Source: Heteronotia binoei (taxonomy: Eukaryota). Taken from it: 64,000 bases of DNA. Positions 1-12,817 of the stretch are shown here, one piece after another. The position numbers were made by a program, and so were the translations under genes. The DNA lies in assembly GCF_032191835.1 (NCBI RefSeq), contig NC_083227.1, positions 74,586,001 through 74,650,000 on the forward strand, read 5' to 3'. Positions within the stretch are counted from its first letter, which is position 1. The number at the start of each line of letters is the position of its first letter. Below the pieces are notes generated by a model. The model worked only from the letters and a program-made list of their open reading frames with translations, had not been told where the DNA came from and ran no database searches.

Positions 1-988
1 TTCCCCATTCTGGCTTCCTTCTTGCGCAAGAATCAGCGTGCTTTAAAGCTGAGTACTTTGGCCGTTTTGGACATTTTGATCAAGAACTACAGTGATAGCC
101 TCAAACCAGCCATGATTGAATGTGTTCTGATGGAGCTTCCAGATTTAATTAGCGAGAACGATATGCATGTTTCTCAAGTGGCTATCACGTTTCTCACTAC
201 CTTGGCGAAGGTTTATCCCTCTTCATTGTCCAAGATTAGTGGTACGGTCCTCTCGGAGCTTTTCCAGCTTGTTTACTCTCCACTGATGCAAGGGGGAGCC
301 CTCAATGCCATTGTGGACTTCTTTCAAGCGCTGGTTGTTACCAAGACAGTCAACATGAGTTATACAGAACTAATGAAACGACTGACTAGTCCTATATACT
401 CCTCCAGCCCAGGTGGGGCATCGGTAACTTTACATAAACAGGCCTATCACTCTGTTGCAAAATGCGTTGCAGCCCTTTCATCTGTATGCCCAAAAGAAGT
501 GCCAGGGGTTGTAAACCAGTTCATTCAGGATGTGAAGAATCCCAAGTCAAGTGCTGCAGTTAAAATGTTGGCTTTCCTTTCACTGGCAGAAATAGGGCGC
601 AGCATGAACCTCAGTGCACAGAAGGAACTCAAACCTGTGATACTGGATGCGTTTTCCTCACCCAGTGAAGAGGTGAAATCGGCAGCTTCCTATGCACTGG
701 GAAACATCAGTGTCGGCAATCTTAAAGAATACCTTCCCTTCATGCTCAAAGAGATTGGAGGCCAGCCTAAGAGGCAGTACTTACTGCTTCACTCACTGAA
801 GGAAGTCATCAGCTCCTCCCCAGGAGACAGTCTGAAACCCTATGTGGAGGACATTTGGGCCCTGCTTTTCAAACACTGCGAATGCACAGAGGAAGGGACA
901 CGCAATGTGGTGGCAGAATGCTTGGGGAAACTAACTGTGGTGAATCCTTCTCAGTTGCTGCCAAGGCTGAAAAAACAACTGTCTTCAG
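1..988 (+). CDS. CAND2: CAND2 large internal coding exon (5' end outside window), HEAT-repeat cullin-associated NEDD8-dissociated protein 2
   Basis: Open frame from base 1 (FPILASFLRKNQRALKLSTL...EEGTRNVVAECLGKL...KKQLSSG) matches CAND1/2; donor CAG|GTAATA at 988/989, phase 1. Confidence 0.95.
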
Positions 989-3178
989 GTAATAGAGAAG
1001 CTGGAACTACAATTATAGAATAGTTAGAGATTCTGTCTATATAAAAAATCCCCATTGTTCAACCTCTGAGGTCTGGGCACTGCCTTGGCTTTTGTGTGAA
1101 AGCTCATGAAAGAGTTGGTGGAACACATCCTTTTCCATTCCTCAGCAGCTTGTCCAGGAGTGTACTGGGAAGTGAAGAAGGTCAAACTGAGTTGCCACTG
1201 CTGTGTCCTACAAGCCAGCCCTTTAAGGCCATTCAGCTCAGCTTTGCCATCAATTGGCATTGGCTCACCCACATCATCATTCCCCCAAATGGGATGCGGT
1301 GCAGTAGAAGACAGTTGGCAAGCTCACACATACTGCCATGGCTTATGAGGGGTGTGTGCCAAGTGGCCCCAGAGTTGCTGGCTCTGCTTGTTCCTGGCCA
1401 CCAGTGGATCTCTACAACAGTGACCCACTGTAAGTTGTATGGCCAGCCCTGCCTGCCATATGTTCCAGGAATTTTCTCTATGGTTCTGGAGGCCCTCATT
1501 AACAGAAAATACCAAGGGATACCAGCCTGAGGAGGGGACATTCAGTGAAATCCTCTCCTCTCAGAAGAGGAAGAGTCGATTTCATCTTTCTCCCCTCCAC
1601 AGTAGCCCCTTGTAGTATGGTCCACTTTGCTAACTAGAGTCTCCAGAACCACAGGGCAGACTTTTGAGACAAAAGGCTGCTGGGGAAGAGGAAGGTAGGG
1701 ATGGATCCACTACAACCCACTAGTTGTGAGTCTTTGTGCTATCCTACCCTTCTATGTTTTTTACCACCATAAAGAACAAAAGTTATTCTGCATGTATTAT
1801 TATGTATTACTTATAAAGCGCTTAGAGTTTCATAAGTAATTGCTTTTAGCATATCCTCTTCCTTCCCATTTTTTTAGAATGGGTTTTAAATGGATTTTAA
1901 TTAGGTTTTGATAGCATTGTCTTAGTGCCAAAGCCCCACTTACTGGAAGGAGGGGCAGCCAGATTGTGCAGTAAGTAATGATATCAGCACAACTGGCTAT
2001 TGATTGGTTTCACTTTTGCTTTCCCATACATCTTCTGTGTATATTTGGAGGGGCAAAGCCAAGGCAGCGATATCGGAAAGTGAAGTGAGGAATCCTCTCA
2101 ATGAAAGAAGAGTAAAACTGAGATAAGCAGTTATGGGGAAGAATGTGCCAGTATTAGGAAGCTGTATGGACAAAATGTGATTACTTTGAAGAGTGTAATC
2201 TGACTTTGTGGTTGTACATAAAGCAGCAAATTCTTTCTGTGTCCTCCCCAAACAGATCTCAAACAGCATATACCTCAAGATAAAACAGTGCACCTTTTAT
2301 TCAGCCTTATTAATATTTCCCTAATCAAATTGTGTTTAATACCATGGGGCACTTCTAGCTTTCACCACTAGACTGCCTATGCCATAGAATATGTTTCCAG
2401 CCACATAGGGTTTGCTGTTGTAGACACATTATGTGAGTGTATAACTCTGGGGTGCACTGGGTTCCCTTTGTATTCTTTACAGTTTAGAAACCTAAACCCA
2501 TCCCCAACTGCATGCTATCACATCCTCTCCCCAACTGGACATTATCAAGTCCTCTTCTTGTGTATGCATTTCCATGAAGATTTACAATCAGACATGAGTT
2601 TCCCAGTGGGAATTCAATTCCCAGGCATGTGGAGGATCAATTTGGATTGTGACCATGGTGCGGATGCTTATGCTTTTCCAGGATGCTGTTTTCCTAACCT
2701 GAAATGCCCCCCAGGGTGGGAATTGGATCCATTGGGGAAATTTGTGTGTACCCCATCATTACCCATGGAGTCCACTATGCTCACACCATTTTAAAAGGTT
2801 CGCCTTGACTTTATTTCTATTTTAAATTTGCAGTGTTTCCAAAAGCAGCATAAATGGTTAATTTCTTTGGCATGTTAAATGGAAAGTACCAAATGAAAAC
2901 ACTGTAGTTTGCTGTTCAGAAACTTCAGTGAGGAGACTAGTAGTGCTGTCTTGTGTAAAATGTACTGTTAATTTCTCCAGCAAGCAGCAAAGAAACACCT
3001 GTAACATGCGATGACTACTGCACAATGTTTGCTTGTCTTGGCTTGCATCTTTTTGCTGTTGTAATGTGAAGGGAACGGTGGAAATCAGAACAATAATGGA
3101 AGCAAAATGGAGTCTGTTGCAAATTAACATGGATGTCTTTTCTTAGGCCAATGATTTCCCCCTACGTTTTCATTGTAG

Positions 3179-3274
3179 GTTCCCCTTATGCTCGAAGCAC
3201 TGTAGTAACTGCAATCAAATTCACCATTTCAGATCAGCCACAGCCTATTGATCCACTTCTTAAAGGATGCATAG
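3179..3274 (+). CDS. CAND2: CAND2 coding exon (GSPYARSTVVTAIKFTISDQPQPIDPLLKGCIG)
   Basis: Acceptor ttgtAG, donor G|GTAAGC; 96 bp, phase 1-1; CAND family peptide. Confidence 0.95.
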
Positions 3275-3779
3275 GTAAGCTTGGTTTGTTATAGAAATTA
3301 GAAAACTATTAGCTTTAATACTTAAAAAAAAAATTCAAACTTATTTATCTATTGGGGGGCGTTATTCTAAATATTAGCAGTATGTCGGATTTTGTTTCCT
3401 GAGCTTCCTATTGCATAACTTTCACTACTCAGAAAGTGAAACCTCGGGCACTCTCCAGGCCTGATCCCCCCCCCCCATCCTCTGCCAGTGACCTCCACAG
3501 GACCTTCTCTATTGTGGATTGTCCTGTCAATTTGGTGTGACTAAAGTTGCCTCAACTAAGGACACAAATTGCATGTTAAGCAGCTAAAAGCAGTGGGGTT
3601 CTGGGATTGGTCTCTGGTTCCCCCTCCCTGCCCCCTTGGCTGAAAGTCAACGGTACTGGTTAATCCAACTATATCAAGCCATATAGTGGGAAGGCTGATA
3701 TTGTAGAGGGACTGAATCCACTTGTCCTAGATAGTTATGTTGACTTTTTCAGAGCAGGTTAAGAGCTTGGGGGTGATCA

Positions 3780-4400
3780 TGGACCCTGCCTTGCCTTGCT
3801 CTTTGAAAACCAGGCTGGCAGTGTGACCAGGAGCATCTTCTATCAGCTGCACTTGATTTGGGCAGTTTCAGCTGGTCCAAAATGCTGCAGCCTAGCTGTT
3901 GTCAGGGGCTAGCCACCAGGAACATAGGTTGCCAATTTTGAAACAGCTACACTGGTTGCCAGTATGTTTCCAAGTTCAATTCAAGGTGTTGGTTATGACT
4001 TCTAAAGCCCTTCAGCCTGGGACTGATGTATTGGAAGGACCATTTCCTTCCATATGTCCCTGTGAGTCAACTATGGTAATCAGACAGCCATTTGTTGGCT
4101 ATCCCGCCACATAGGATGGTTTGTCTGGCATCGACCAGAGCCTAGGCCTTTTCCATTGTGACTCTGTGGAATAGGCTTCCTGAAGAGGTCAGCAGCCCTT
4201 ACCCCTAGACATTTTCAGGAGGTAGTGCAGGGTCTGTATGTTTGCCAAAGTTTTGATGGGCTTTAAATGGCAGACATCTTTGAAAGGGGAAGGGATTTTT
4301 GCTATTTTATCTTCGTTTTGCCCCTGGCGATGTTTTAATTGTTATTTAATTATTCTCTTGAACCAAGAGGAAGGCAGGATATAAATGTTTTAATAAAATA
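3780..4400 (+). mobile_element. Degenerate L2-clade LINE 3' fragment
   Basis: Peptide QLVQNAAA...PILKQLHWLPVCFQVQFKVLVMTSKAL typical of the L2/CR1-group ORF2 C-terminus; boundaries approximate. Confidence 0.7.
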
Positions 4401-4459
4401 ATAAATAAATGATATACTGCCTTTAAAAGAATCCTTGCTTTTGTGCTATTGTTATGCAG

Positions 4460-4629
4460 GTGACTTTCTAAAAATGCTACAGGATTCTGATCTGAATGTT
4501 CGGCGTGTTGCTTTAGCCATGTTTAATTCTGCTGCTCACAACAAACCTTCTCTAATCCGTGACCAGCTCAGCACAGTCCTTCCCCACTTATACAATGAAA
4601 CTAAGATTCGAAGAGAACTCATACGGGAG
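4460..4629 (+). CDS. CAND2: CAND2 coding exon ([34 protein letters not shown]...RRELIRE)
   Basis: Acceptor atgcAG, donor GAG|GTATGG; 170 bp, phase 1-0. Confidence 0.95.
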
Positions 4630-4643
4630 GTATGGACCTAAAC

Positions 4644-5152
4644 CAGGGCTTTCTTTGTAGAAAAAAGACCAGCAGGAACTATTTTGCATATTAGACCACA
4701 CCCCCTGACATCACCAGAGCCCCATGGTGCAGAGTGTTAAAGTGGCAGTACTGCAGTCCTAAGCTCTGCTCACGATCTGAGTTTGATCCTCGGTGGTAGC
4801 TGGGTTTTCAGGTAGCCGGCTCAAGGTTGACTCAACCTTTCATCCTTCCAAGGTTGGTAAAATGAGTACCCAGCTTGCTGGGGGGGAAAGTGTAAATGAC
4901 TGGGGAAGGCAATGGCAAACCACCCCGTAAAAAGTCTGCTGTGAAAACGTTGTGAAAGCAACGTTATCCCAGAGTCGGAAACGACTGGTGCTTGCACAGG
5001 AGACCTTTCCTTTCCTGACATCACCAGTGTTTCACACAGGGGTTTTTTGTAGAAAAAGTCCAGCAGGAGCTGATTTGCATTTTAGGTCACACCCCTGATG
5101 CCAAGCCAGCTGGAACTGTGTTCCTGTGCATTCCTGCTCAAAAAAAGCCCTG
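4644..5152. mobile_element. Non-autonomous hAT MITE (CAGGGCTTT TIR) containing a nested Sauria SINE
   Basis: TIRs CAGGGCTTT...AAAGCCCTG; 8-bp TSD acctaaac/acgtaaac (7/8). Confidence 0.75.
4718..5013 (+). mobile_element. Sauria SINE (tRNA head, BovB/RTE-like tail)
   Basis: Head ccccatggtgcagagtgttaa, body ggctcaaggttgactcaacc...ggcaatggcaaaccac, tail acctttcctttc; 14-bp TSD cctgacatcaccag at 4704-4717 and 5014-5027. Confidence 0.85.
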
Positions 5153-5956
5153 ACGTAAACTATTTCCATATTTTCCCCCTCCTAGAGGGAAATGTGGCAC
5201 AAATGGATGTTGTCACTGTTCGGTATTAGTTATATACTCTGACCATAATGTGTGTGGTTTGCTTCCTCTCCATTCCATGGATTGATGCGGATTAGTACCA
5301 AAGAAATGGAGACCATCCATAAGTATTTTGTATGTATTCAGTACACAATCAAAATCAGGGATGATGGTGGCAGACTAATTTCACTGGCTTTTTTCCTTTT
5401 TCTAAAGTGGGAAGTGTTTGACTTCTGTTACCAGTCATGAGTCCTCTTCATCTTGAAATAATACAGAGTAATATGATATGTCCATTTGAGTTAAAACTGT
5501 TAGCTTTCCCTCATATTGTAAAATACTTTGTAATGATAATACATTCATCTCAAGAGTGACCACTGAGACACAGACATAAAGGGATGTAAAGCAGGGAAGT
5601 GCCAACACTTGTTTTCACAGGGTGAGTGGATAGGTCTTGACAGTAAATGCAAACTTTGCGTGTTAGAACCTGACTACTAGGTCTGTTCATTTAACCACAT
5701 ATAGATTCTTTCAGTGATTTTTGAAAAAGAATGCAAGACTGTTCGTGTACAGTAGTACTCATTGTCCTAGTGGCATCTTAAGTGGTAGTCTGTGTTCAGT
5801 ACAAGGACCTTGAATGCATCCAGAGATAGAGAGCTCTGCATTGTGCGTATTGTCCATGGAGGCCAGATTAGATGCATTACAAGAAAGTTCTGACATGTAT
5901 CATCAGGCTCTTAACACTCTTTGAATAGCCAACTATATTCCTGTTTCCCCTTTTAG

Positions 5957-6121
5957 GTAGAAATGGGGCCATTCAAGCACACAGTGGATGATGGCCTTGA
6001 TGTGAGGAAAGCTGCCTTTGAGTGCATGTACACACTTCTGGAAAGCTGTCTTGACCGACTGGATATTTACGAGTACTTGAATCATGTGGAAGATGGGCTG
6101 AAAGATCATTATGATATCAGG
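5957..6121 (+). CDS. CAND2: CAND2 coding exon ([28 protein letters not shown]...DHYDIR)
   Basis: Acceptor ttttAG, donor AGG|GTAACT; 165 bp in frame. Confidence 0.95.
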
Positions 6122-6679
6122 GTAACTCTTTTGTTTTATCTGCACTGCTGACCCTGTAATTTCATTACTTGGTAATGGACTTTTGAAGTGGTTTGCGCGA
6201 TTGCCCTGAGCCTCATGCAGTGACACTTTAGGATTATACACTTCCTTCCTATGTCTCAAACACAAATGGATGCCTGCAGTGGATGATGGATGTTTGAATG
6301 TGGGATGCTCCCTAATGCCCATTACTGAAACCCTTAATTCTAGTGGTGTTAATACAGAGATTTAATGGAGCTAAGTTTAAATATCACCTTCTGTTTCTAC
6401 TGGAGGCACTGGTTGTCAGTGGACATGCTGAAATGATGATTGTCAGTAATGATGACTGGATGGGGGCCAATAAACTGCTTGGTCTGGATAGGATTTATTG
6501 GCTTATAATTGGGTCAACTGGGCTTTTGAAGAATAGTGTGTTCCCACTCTAGGAGCAGGATTGATGGGGTTGGTATTACATCTGGACTTGCAGTGATGGA
6601 GCAGATCGCCTCTGCAGCACATGGTATTTTCCAGCTTTGTCTGTTTTGTCATTTTCAGCCCTTAAGAGGTCAGTTATCC

Positions 6680-7010
6680 ACGTGTTGACCATACTGAAGT
6701 GGGACTACTGCAGTGCACTTTATGTGGAACTGCCTTTGAAGTCTGAAAGCTTCAGCAGGTTCAAAATGCAGTGGCAGGGCTACTTACAGGTGTAAGATGC
6801 TAGCCGTATTTCCCATTTTAAAGATTTTTATTTGCTTCCAGTCTACATCCTAGGTTAATTCAAAGAGCCAGTTATTTGTAAAGCTCTACACAGCCTTTAA
6901 TGAGGTACCTAAAGGTCTGCTGCCTTGAGTATAAATTTGGCTGCTGATTGAGATCCTCTTTGGAGGAAGCCTTGCTTTTTGTGCCCCTATTCTGAGTTTG
7001 GAATTCCCTC
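6680..7010 (+). mobile_element. Degenerate L2-like LINE fragment
   Basis: gactactgcagtgcactttatgtggaactgcc...caggttcaaaatgcagtggc resembles the DYCNALYxGLP...LQxVQNA motif; boundaries approximate. Confidence 0.55.
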
Positions 7011-7877
7011 CGAGGATAACCTAGTGACATATTTACAGTCTTCTATCCACTGGACAAAGATTGCTGTTTACTGAGATTTTTGTCTATTTATTTCCTTTAA
7101 CTATCTGGGGTTCCTTTTTACTGCACTCTATTATTTCTATCTTTAACTGTTTGTCTTCGTGGTGATTTCACTGTTTTTTACTTTACTGTGATTTTACTGC
7201 TTTCAGGATGTTATTTCTTGCTCACTATTCTTATGTTCAAATTGTATTGGTTATTCACTGTTACAGGTATTTAGTACTTTCTATTAATTCCTTGACTTAA
7301 ATCCCCAAGTAAATTTCTAACGGATGCAGGGAGGATTTTTGGCAGTTCCTCCTTGCTGCTGCAGAGCTGCAACTCTTGCTGTCCCTTAGGTTCTTTGGCT
7401 CAGAATTCCTGGGATTATGGATTGTAGGAGAGAAGGGAATCCTGTTGTGTGGATGGAAATGCCTTCCATTAGTGGAGATTTATCATGGAACCCAAGCCCT
7501 TGTTTTAAAATTGATGCTGCAGTCTCCTTGAGTACATTACTACAAAAAGTGTGGGATACAATACTTCAAATAAAATAGAAGGGATGTCAAAATTTGGATC
7601 CCTTTATGTAAGGTGGGGGAAACAGGGAGCAAATATGAAGTCCAGGGTCTACTGTGAATCTCTCTTGTGGGGACAGGGGTCTGTTTATTTGCTGTACTAG
7701 AACATTCAATGCCAAAGGCTTTTCAACAATAAATCTTTTTGAAATTTAAAGCTTGAGACTGAAAACTGAACATGTTATATGAAACTGAATTACTGCTCAT
7801 CTTGAAAACCAGAAATTTTAGGGGGCAGGGAAGAGAAGAATTTGCTTGTACAACCTCTTTCTTTCAACATTTCTTAG

Positions 7878-7985
7878 ATGTTGACTTTCATTATGCTGGC
7901 TCGTCTGTCAACATTGTGTCCTAACGCAGTACTACAACGGTTAGAACGTCTCATTGAGCCTCTACGAGCAACTTGCTCTACAAAG
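7878..7985 (+). CDS. CAND2: CAND2 coding exon ([36 protein letters not shown])
   Basis: Acceptor tcttAG, donor AAG|GTAATG; 108 bp in frame. Confidence 0.95.
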
Positions 7986-9074
7986 GTAATGCACTCAGAA
8001 GGTTCAGAATGTGTTCTTTCCCGAGAGCACTCACTTATAGTCTTCCCGGACAGTCTTAGGACAGACCATTGCTGCACACAGGAACAGCTGCTTGGGGGTT
8101 AACTATGACATAGTCATTTCTTAGGAAATTGTTGATGCAGTTCAACGCACTTTTGTCAGCTAGATAGAACACGGAAGGCATTTACCATCAGTGTTGGTCC
8201 AGCTGTAACTAGCTAATGCTTCAGTCCCATTTGTGGCTAAGAACAGAATTATCAAAATGGCTAGAGATCACCCACAATAAAGGGTATTTTAGATTATTAT
8301 GCAACATAAGAAATCTTGAATGTTTTTACTACTACTTTCGCAGTTCTTACAAGCAAAAGGTCATAGTATAACAAAGCTTTATCTAATCTAACAACTAGGC
8401 CTTGGCTTCCTGCATTTGCCTGTTTTTGGACTCATTTCACATACTTTTTGGATTCTCAGGCTGATGAATTGTGGTGTTGGCTAAACCTGGTTATTTTAAT
8501 GCTGCTGCTTATGGAAAGGCAGTTATTCAGTCATCCTCTCCACCCACCATCACTAAGTCTATGGCAGAGATGAAAGGCAGTTAGTTACACTCTAGCAGCT
8601 GGGGATGCTTTCAATGGATATCTGGCAAAGAAATCTCTTTTAGAGACAAACTCCAGTGTGGTACAGATAACATGGCACTTATTATTAAGGGAATCTGTTT
8701 ACATCTGTATTTGAATACACGACACTACCATCTACTGAATCATACCATTGGTCCATCATTATCAGTATTGTGTACTGAAACTGGCAGTGGCTTTCCAGGG
8801 TCTCATGCAGAGGTCTCTCACATCACCTGTGACCTGATCTTTATGGGAGATAACTGGGCCATTTCTTCTCATTCATATCAACTCAATGGGACTTCTGATG
8901 ACTGTGGAAATGTTAACTGAATTATTTTGTACACTAGTACATCCCAGTTCATCTCCTCTTTATCATTTGTGTCTCTTCGTTCTTGGACACATGATAATGG
9001 GCAACAGGTTCCCTTTGACCAGAAGATTTGAAGTTGTTTTATCTGTTGTTTTAAAATGTATTTCCTTTCTTTAG

Positions 9075-9302
9075 GTAAAAGCTGGTTCTGTGAAGCAAGA
9101 ATTTGAGAAACAAGATGAACTGAAGCGATCAGCGATGAGGGCAGTAGCTGCTTTGCTGACTATCCCTGATGTAGATAAGAGTCCCGTGATGGCTGAATTT
9201 TCTTCTCAAATCAGAGCCAACCCTGAAATGTCTTCACTCTTTGAAAGCATTCAGAAGGATTCCACTTCACTGTCTACCACAGAATTAATGGACATGAGTT
9301 AA
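9075..9302 (+). CDS. CAND2: CAND2 terminal coding exon
   Basis: [32 protein letters not shown]...[11 protein letters not shown]...MDMS*. VKAGSVK and FSSQIR are CAND2-type rather than CAND1 (VKANSVK, FQSQIS); adjacency to RPL32 also fits CAND2. Confidence 0.92.
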   Translation, partial: VKAGSVKQEFEKQDELKRSAMRAVAALLTIPDVDKSPVMAEFSSQIRANPEMSSLFESIQKDSTSLSTTELMDMS

Positions 9303-10483
9303 ATGCCTCTTCCCTGTTCTCTGACCACACAATTCACTTTTCTAAAGCTGATTTTAGCTGTCAGTGCTATTTTTAAAATGGCAAGTATTTCTACTAAGAA
9401 CGGCATGAATTCAGGCATGATAGCTCACCCTGTTGATGTCATTAGGACAACTCTAGTTTGTTACTCCCATAAAGCAAATACACAATGCGTTTCTGCCAAA
9501 AATGAATGTACAAATGACCCCAGCTGATTTAGCTAAAGCCAGATAGCCAACAGAATTATCTCATTACTATCAATTTGTGTTGATAGCACTGAAATAGCAT
9601 TTTAAAGTGATGAATAAGACCCTGCTATACCCAAGACTAGCCAAATGGCAGTTCAGCTTCCATTAGTCATATTGGTTTAATAGCAGCTTTCATTTGTACT
9701 AATATTTAAACTGACTCGAGTCACTTTCCTGCTGAAAAGATGAATTAGTTACACATTACCCTCTTTTTAATCCAGCATCTGAAACTGTGAAAGTGTCTCA
9801 GTGTCATTCAATATGGAATGCCTTATGCTTATTTAATGCAGTTCTAGTCTGCCACACTCCTTTTAACAGTGGTTTCCTCCTATAGGTGCCCTCTGGCTAC
9901 AGTTTACTTGAGAAGCTGATACCAAAGCACTGATTTTTCAAACCACAGAAGTTAGCATGTATCTCCAAGAGCCGTTCATCTGTAGTAATGGAATCACCTA
10001 GTTATAAAAATGCAAATGCTCTGGTACCATTAAAACAAATGATGTAGGGTTGGATTCTAAGAACTTGTGCATCTTTTCTCCCAATTGTTTGTGAACTCCA
10101 GAAAGTTGAAGCTCAGCATCATGCAAGGTCCATGGACAAAATGTACCCATGTACATGTACCCAGAAAGGGGGGGCAGATATGAAATGAACATGACATTAT
10201 CCCTCACTTTTCTTTCCCCTCTTCACTGGACCCTACAGCATTTTATCCACTGGGACCTTCTGAGACAGTTCTCAGGGGAGGGGGAGAAGATCCACAAGCA
10301 CTTTCTGCTCAGTTTGTAAAAATAAGCTATTGCTGTTTGGCAAATAGAGAATGACTTCTTGTGACCATGGATTGCTAAATTTGTTAGAATTTATTCCTTA
10401 TGAGTTATTCTGTGAATCACATAAGTGCTCTATTTATAAAACAGGTTGTCACTTTCCATTCTACATGAAATGTATCTGGTAAA

Positions 10484-10489
10484 AATAAA
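10484..10489 (+). terminator. Candidate CAND2 polyadenylation signal AATAAA
   Basis: AATAAA about 1.2 kb after the CAND2 stop; use not verifiable from sequence. Confidence 0.45.
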
Positions 10490-10857
10490 TACCTTGTATT
10501 ATCTTTAACATTATTTTGATCAACTCTTACTTCACCATATGGCTTTCTTACCAACAGAATAAGTTTCAGAGAAAGTTTGCTGGTTTGTATTCCTTACTGT
10601 CAGATTTCAACTACTCTTAAATTGGCTTCACTATATTTAGAAATTCATTCCTTTAAAGTCCAGCTCTACTGGACTCAAATCTACAGACCAATATGGCTAC
10701 ATTCTGAAACTTGCTGATTAATGGTGGGACTGCATTATCCAACTGCAGGCAAGCTTGCGATAATGTTGCCAGTTACTGGCTTTCACCCTTTAATAATCAT
10801 ACTACCTCAGATCAATGAAACTCAAATGAAATATCACATTTTCAGTAGTTTTGATAT

Positions 10858-10863
10858 TTTATT
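10858..10863 (-). terminator. RPL32 polyadenylation signal AATAAA
   Basis: tttatt on + strand, 22 nt past the RPL32 stop codon; short 3'UTR typical of ribosomal protein genes. Confidence 0.8.
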
Positions 10864-10885
10864 AAATAGTGTTGTGTAAGAACAA

Positions 10886-11041
<156 letters not shown>

Positions 11042-11676
11042 TCAGAATATTAGTCTGCTTTGTGCAAGCAAGAGTATTTGAAATTGTTAAGCAGTCAATT
11101 TGGCTGTATGAGGTAGATGAGCTGATCTATCCATTCAGGAGAATTCAATATTCCCATTTCCAAATGCTCCACATCAGGCCTCTGCAAAGGACACCTGCCA
11201 CCTCTCTAAAGACCTGCTTTGTAGATTTGGAATCGATATACTCCCAAGAACTCCTCATGCCACTGGCAAAACATACCTACATCTCTGCATTATTCCCAGT
11301 TTTAGTATGCAGAGCAGCTGTTTTACTTTCACAAGCAATGCTTCTGAAGATACCCATCCTCAATGCATACCCCATTTAGTACTCTGCTTTTTCTGAGGGT
11401 TCACGAAACTCAGAAGTTACCGTTTAGGGAGTACAGGCTGCAGCAAGAAAGGAAATGTGGGAAACCATTCCACAAGCTTGGTTCCGCTTGAAGCGCACAA
11501 GATCCACCTTGCAATTTTGTTAAAGTCTATTTTATTATTATCTTGCCCTTCTTCTAAGGAATGCAGTATACTTTAGCCCAACCACCCTGTGGGAGAAGTT
11601 AAGTTCTATTCATTTAGAAGAGCTGCCGCTTTCTCACCCCATTTAATAGATCAACAGAACATCTAGTCCTGTATTC

Positions 11677-11811
11677 CAGGGGTGGCCAACGGTAGCTCTC
11701 CAGATGTTTTTTCCTACAACTCCCATCAGCCTCAGCCATTGGCCATGCTGGCTGGAGCTGATAGGAGTTGTAGGGGAAAAAACATCTGGAGAGCTACCGT
11801 TGGCCACCCTG
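11677..11811. mobile_element. Palindromic hAT MITE in RPL32 intron 3
   Basis: About 60-bp near-perfect inverted arms starting CAGGGGTGGCCAAC; 8-bp TSD ctgtattc/ctgtattg. Confidence 0.85.
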
Positions 11812-12155
11812 CTGTATTGTTTCTAACAAGTGGCCAACCACAAGACATCTGCTGTTGGACTAGATAGATCTGTATGCAAGCCCAGCAGGGGTCTTGTGTC
11901 ACCATGAACTGGAAGTTCTGTCTGGTCTAAGCCCAACATCCAGCTAGCCTAGAACCACATTACTTCAGAAATGCCACTTGAAGTACAAGACAGACTGATG
12001 TACTCTGATTTAGAATGCTCAAAAATACGCAACTATCATGTAAAAAGTGAATTCTTCCATTCCTACCCAATACTCCTTCACCCAAGTTCACAGCAAGAGC
12101 ATCACTAATGTCAAACTATAAAATGTAACTATTCTGGATAGTTTCCTCCAACTTA

Positions 12156-12338
<183 letters not shown>

Positions 12339-12430
12339 CTACAAAAATGCAATAAATAAATTAAAATTTAAAAAACTGATATATTACCCAAATTCCAAAG
12401 CACTCATATCATATCTTTAGAAATCTATTA

Positions 12431-12634
<204 letters not shown>

Positions 12635-12676
12635 TTAAAGTTACCACCTCCAAATGGCAGTAAAGGAACATACTAA

Positions 12677-12817
12677 GCTTGTTGCAGAGTTATCTTCCAT
12701 TCACTGGCCCATTACCAAGCCAGCAAAGGAATGGGTATCTCACTGCATGTTCTCTCCCTCCTGTGTCCGAAGCTGGAAGAGTTATGGGAAGCTCTCCAGA
12801 TGCGATCCTGGGAGGTC
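12677..12817 (-). ncRNA. SNORA7: H/ACA box snoRNA SNORA7 (intronic, RPL32 intron 1)
   Basis: Begins GACCTCCCAGGATCGCATCTGGAGAG (recalled human SNORA7A GACCTCCTGGGATCGCATCTGGAGAG); H box AGAGAA; ACA box three nt from the 3' end (ACAAGC); 141 nt; same host gene as in mammals. Confidence 0.92.

Noticed and set aside
1-9302. Calling the first gene CAND1
   Set aside because: C-terminal residues (VKAGSVK, FSSQIR) and adjacency to RPL32 fit CAND2.
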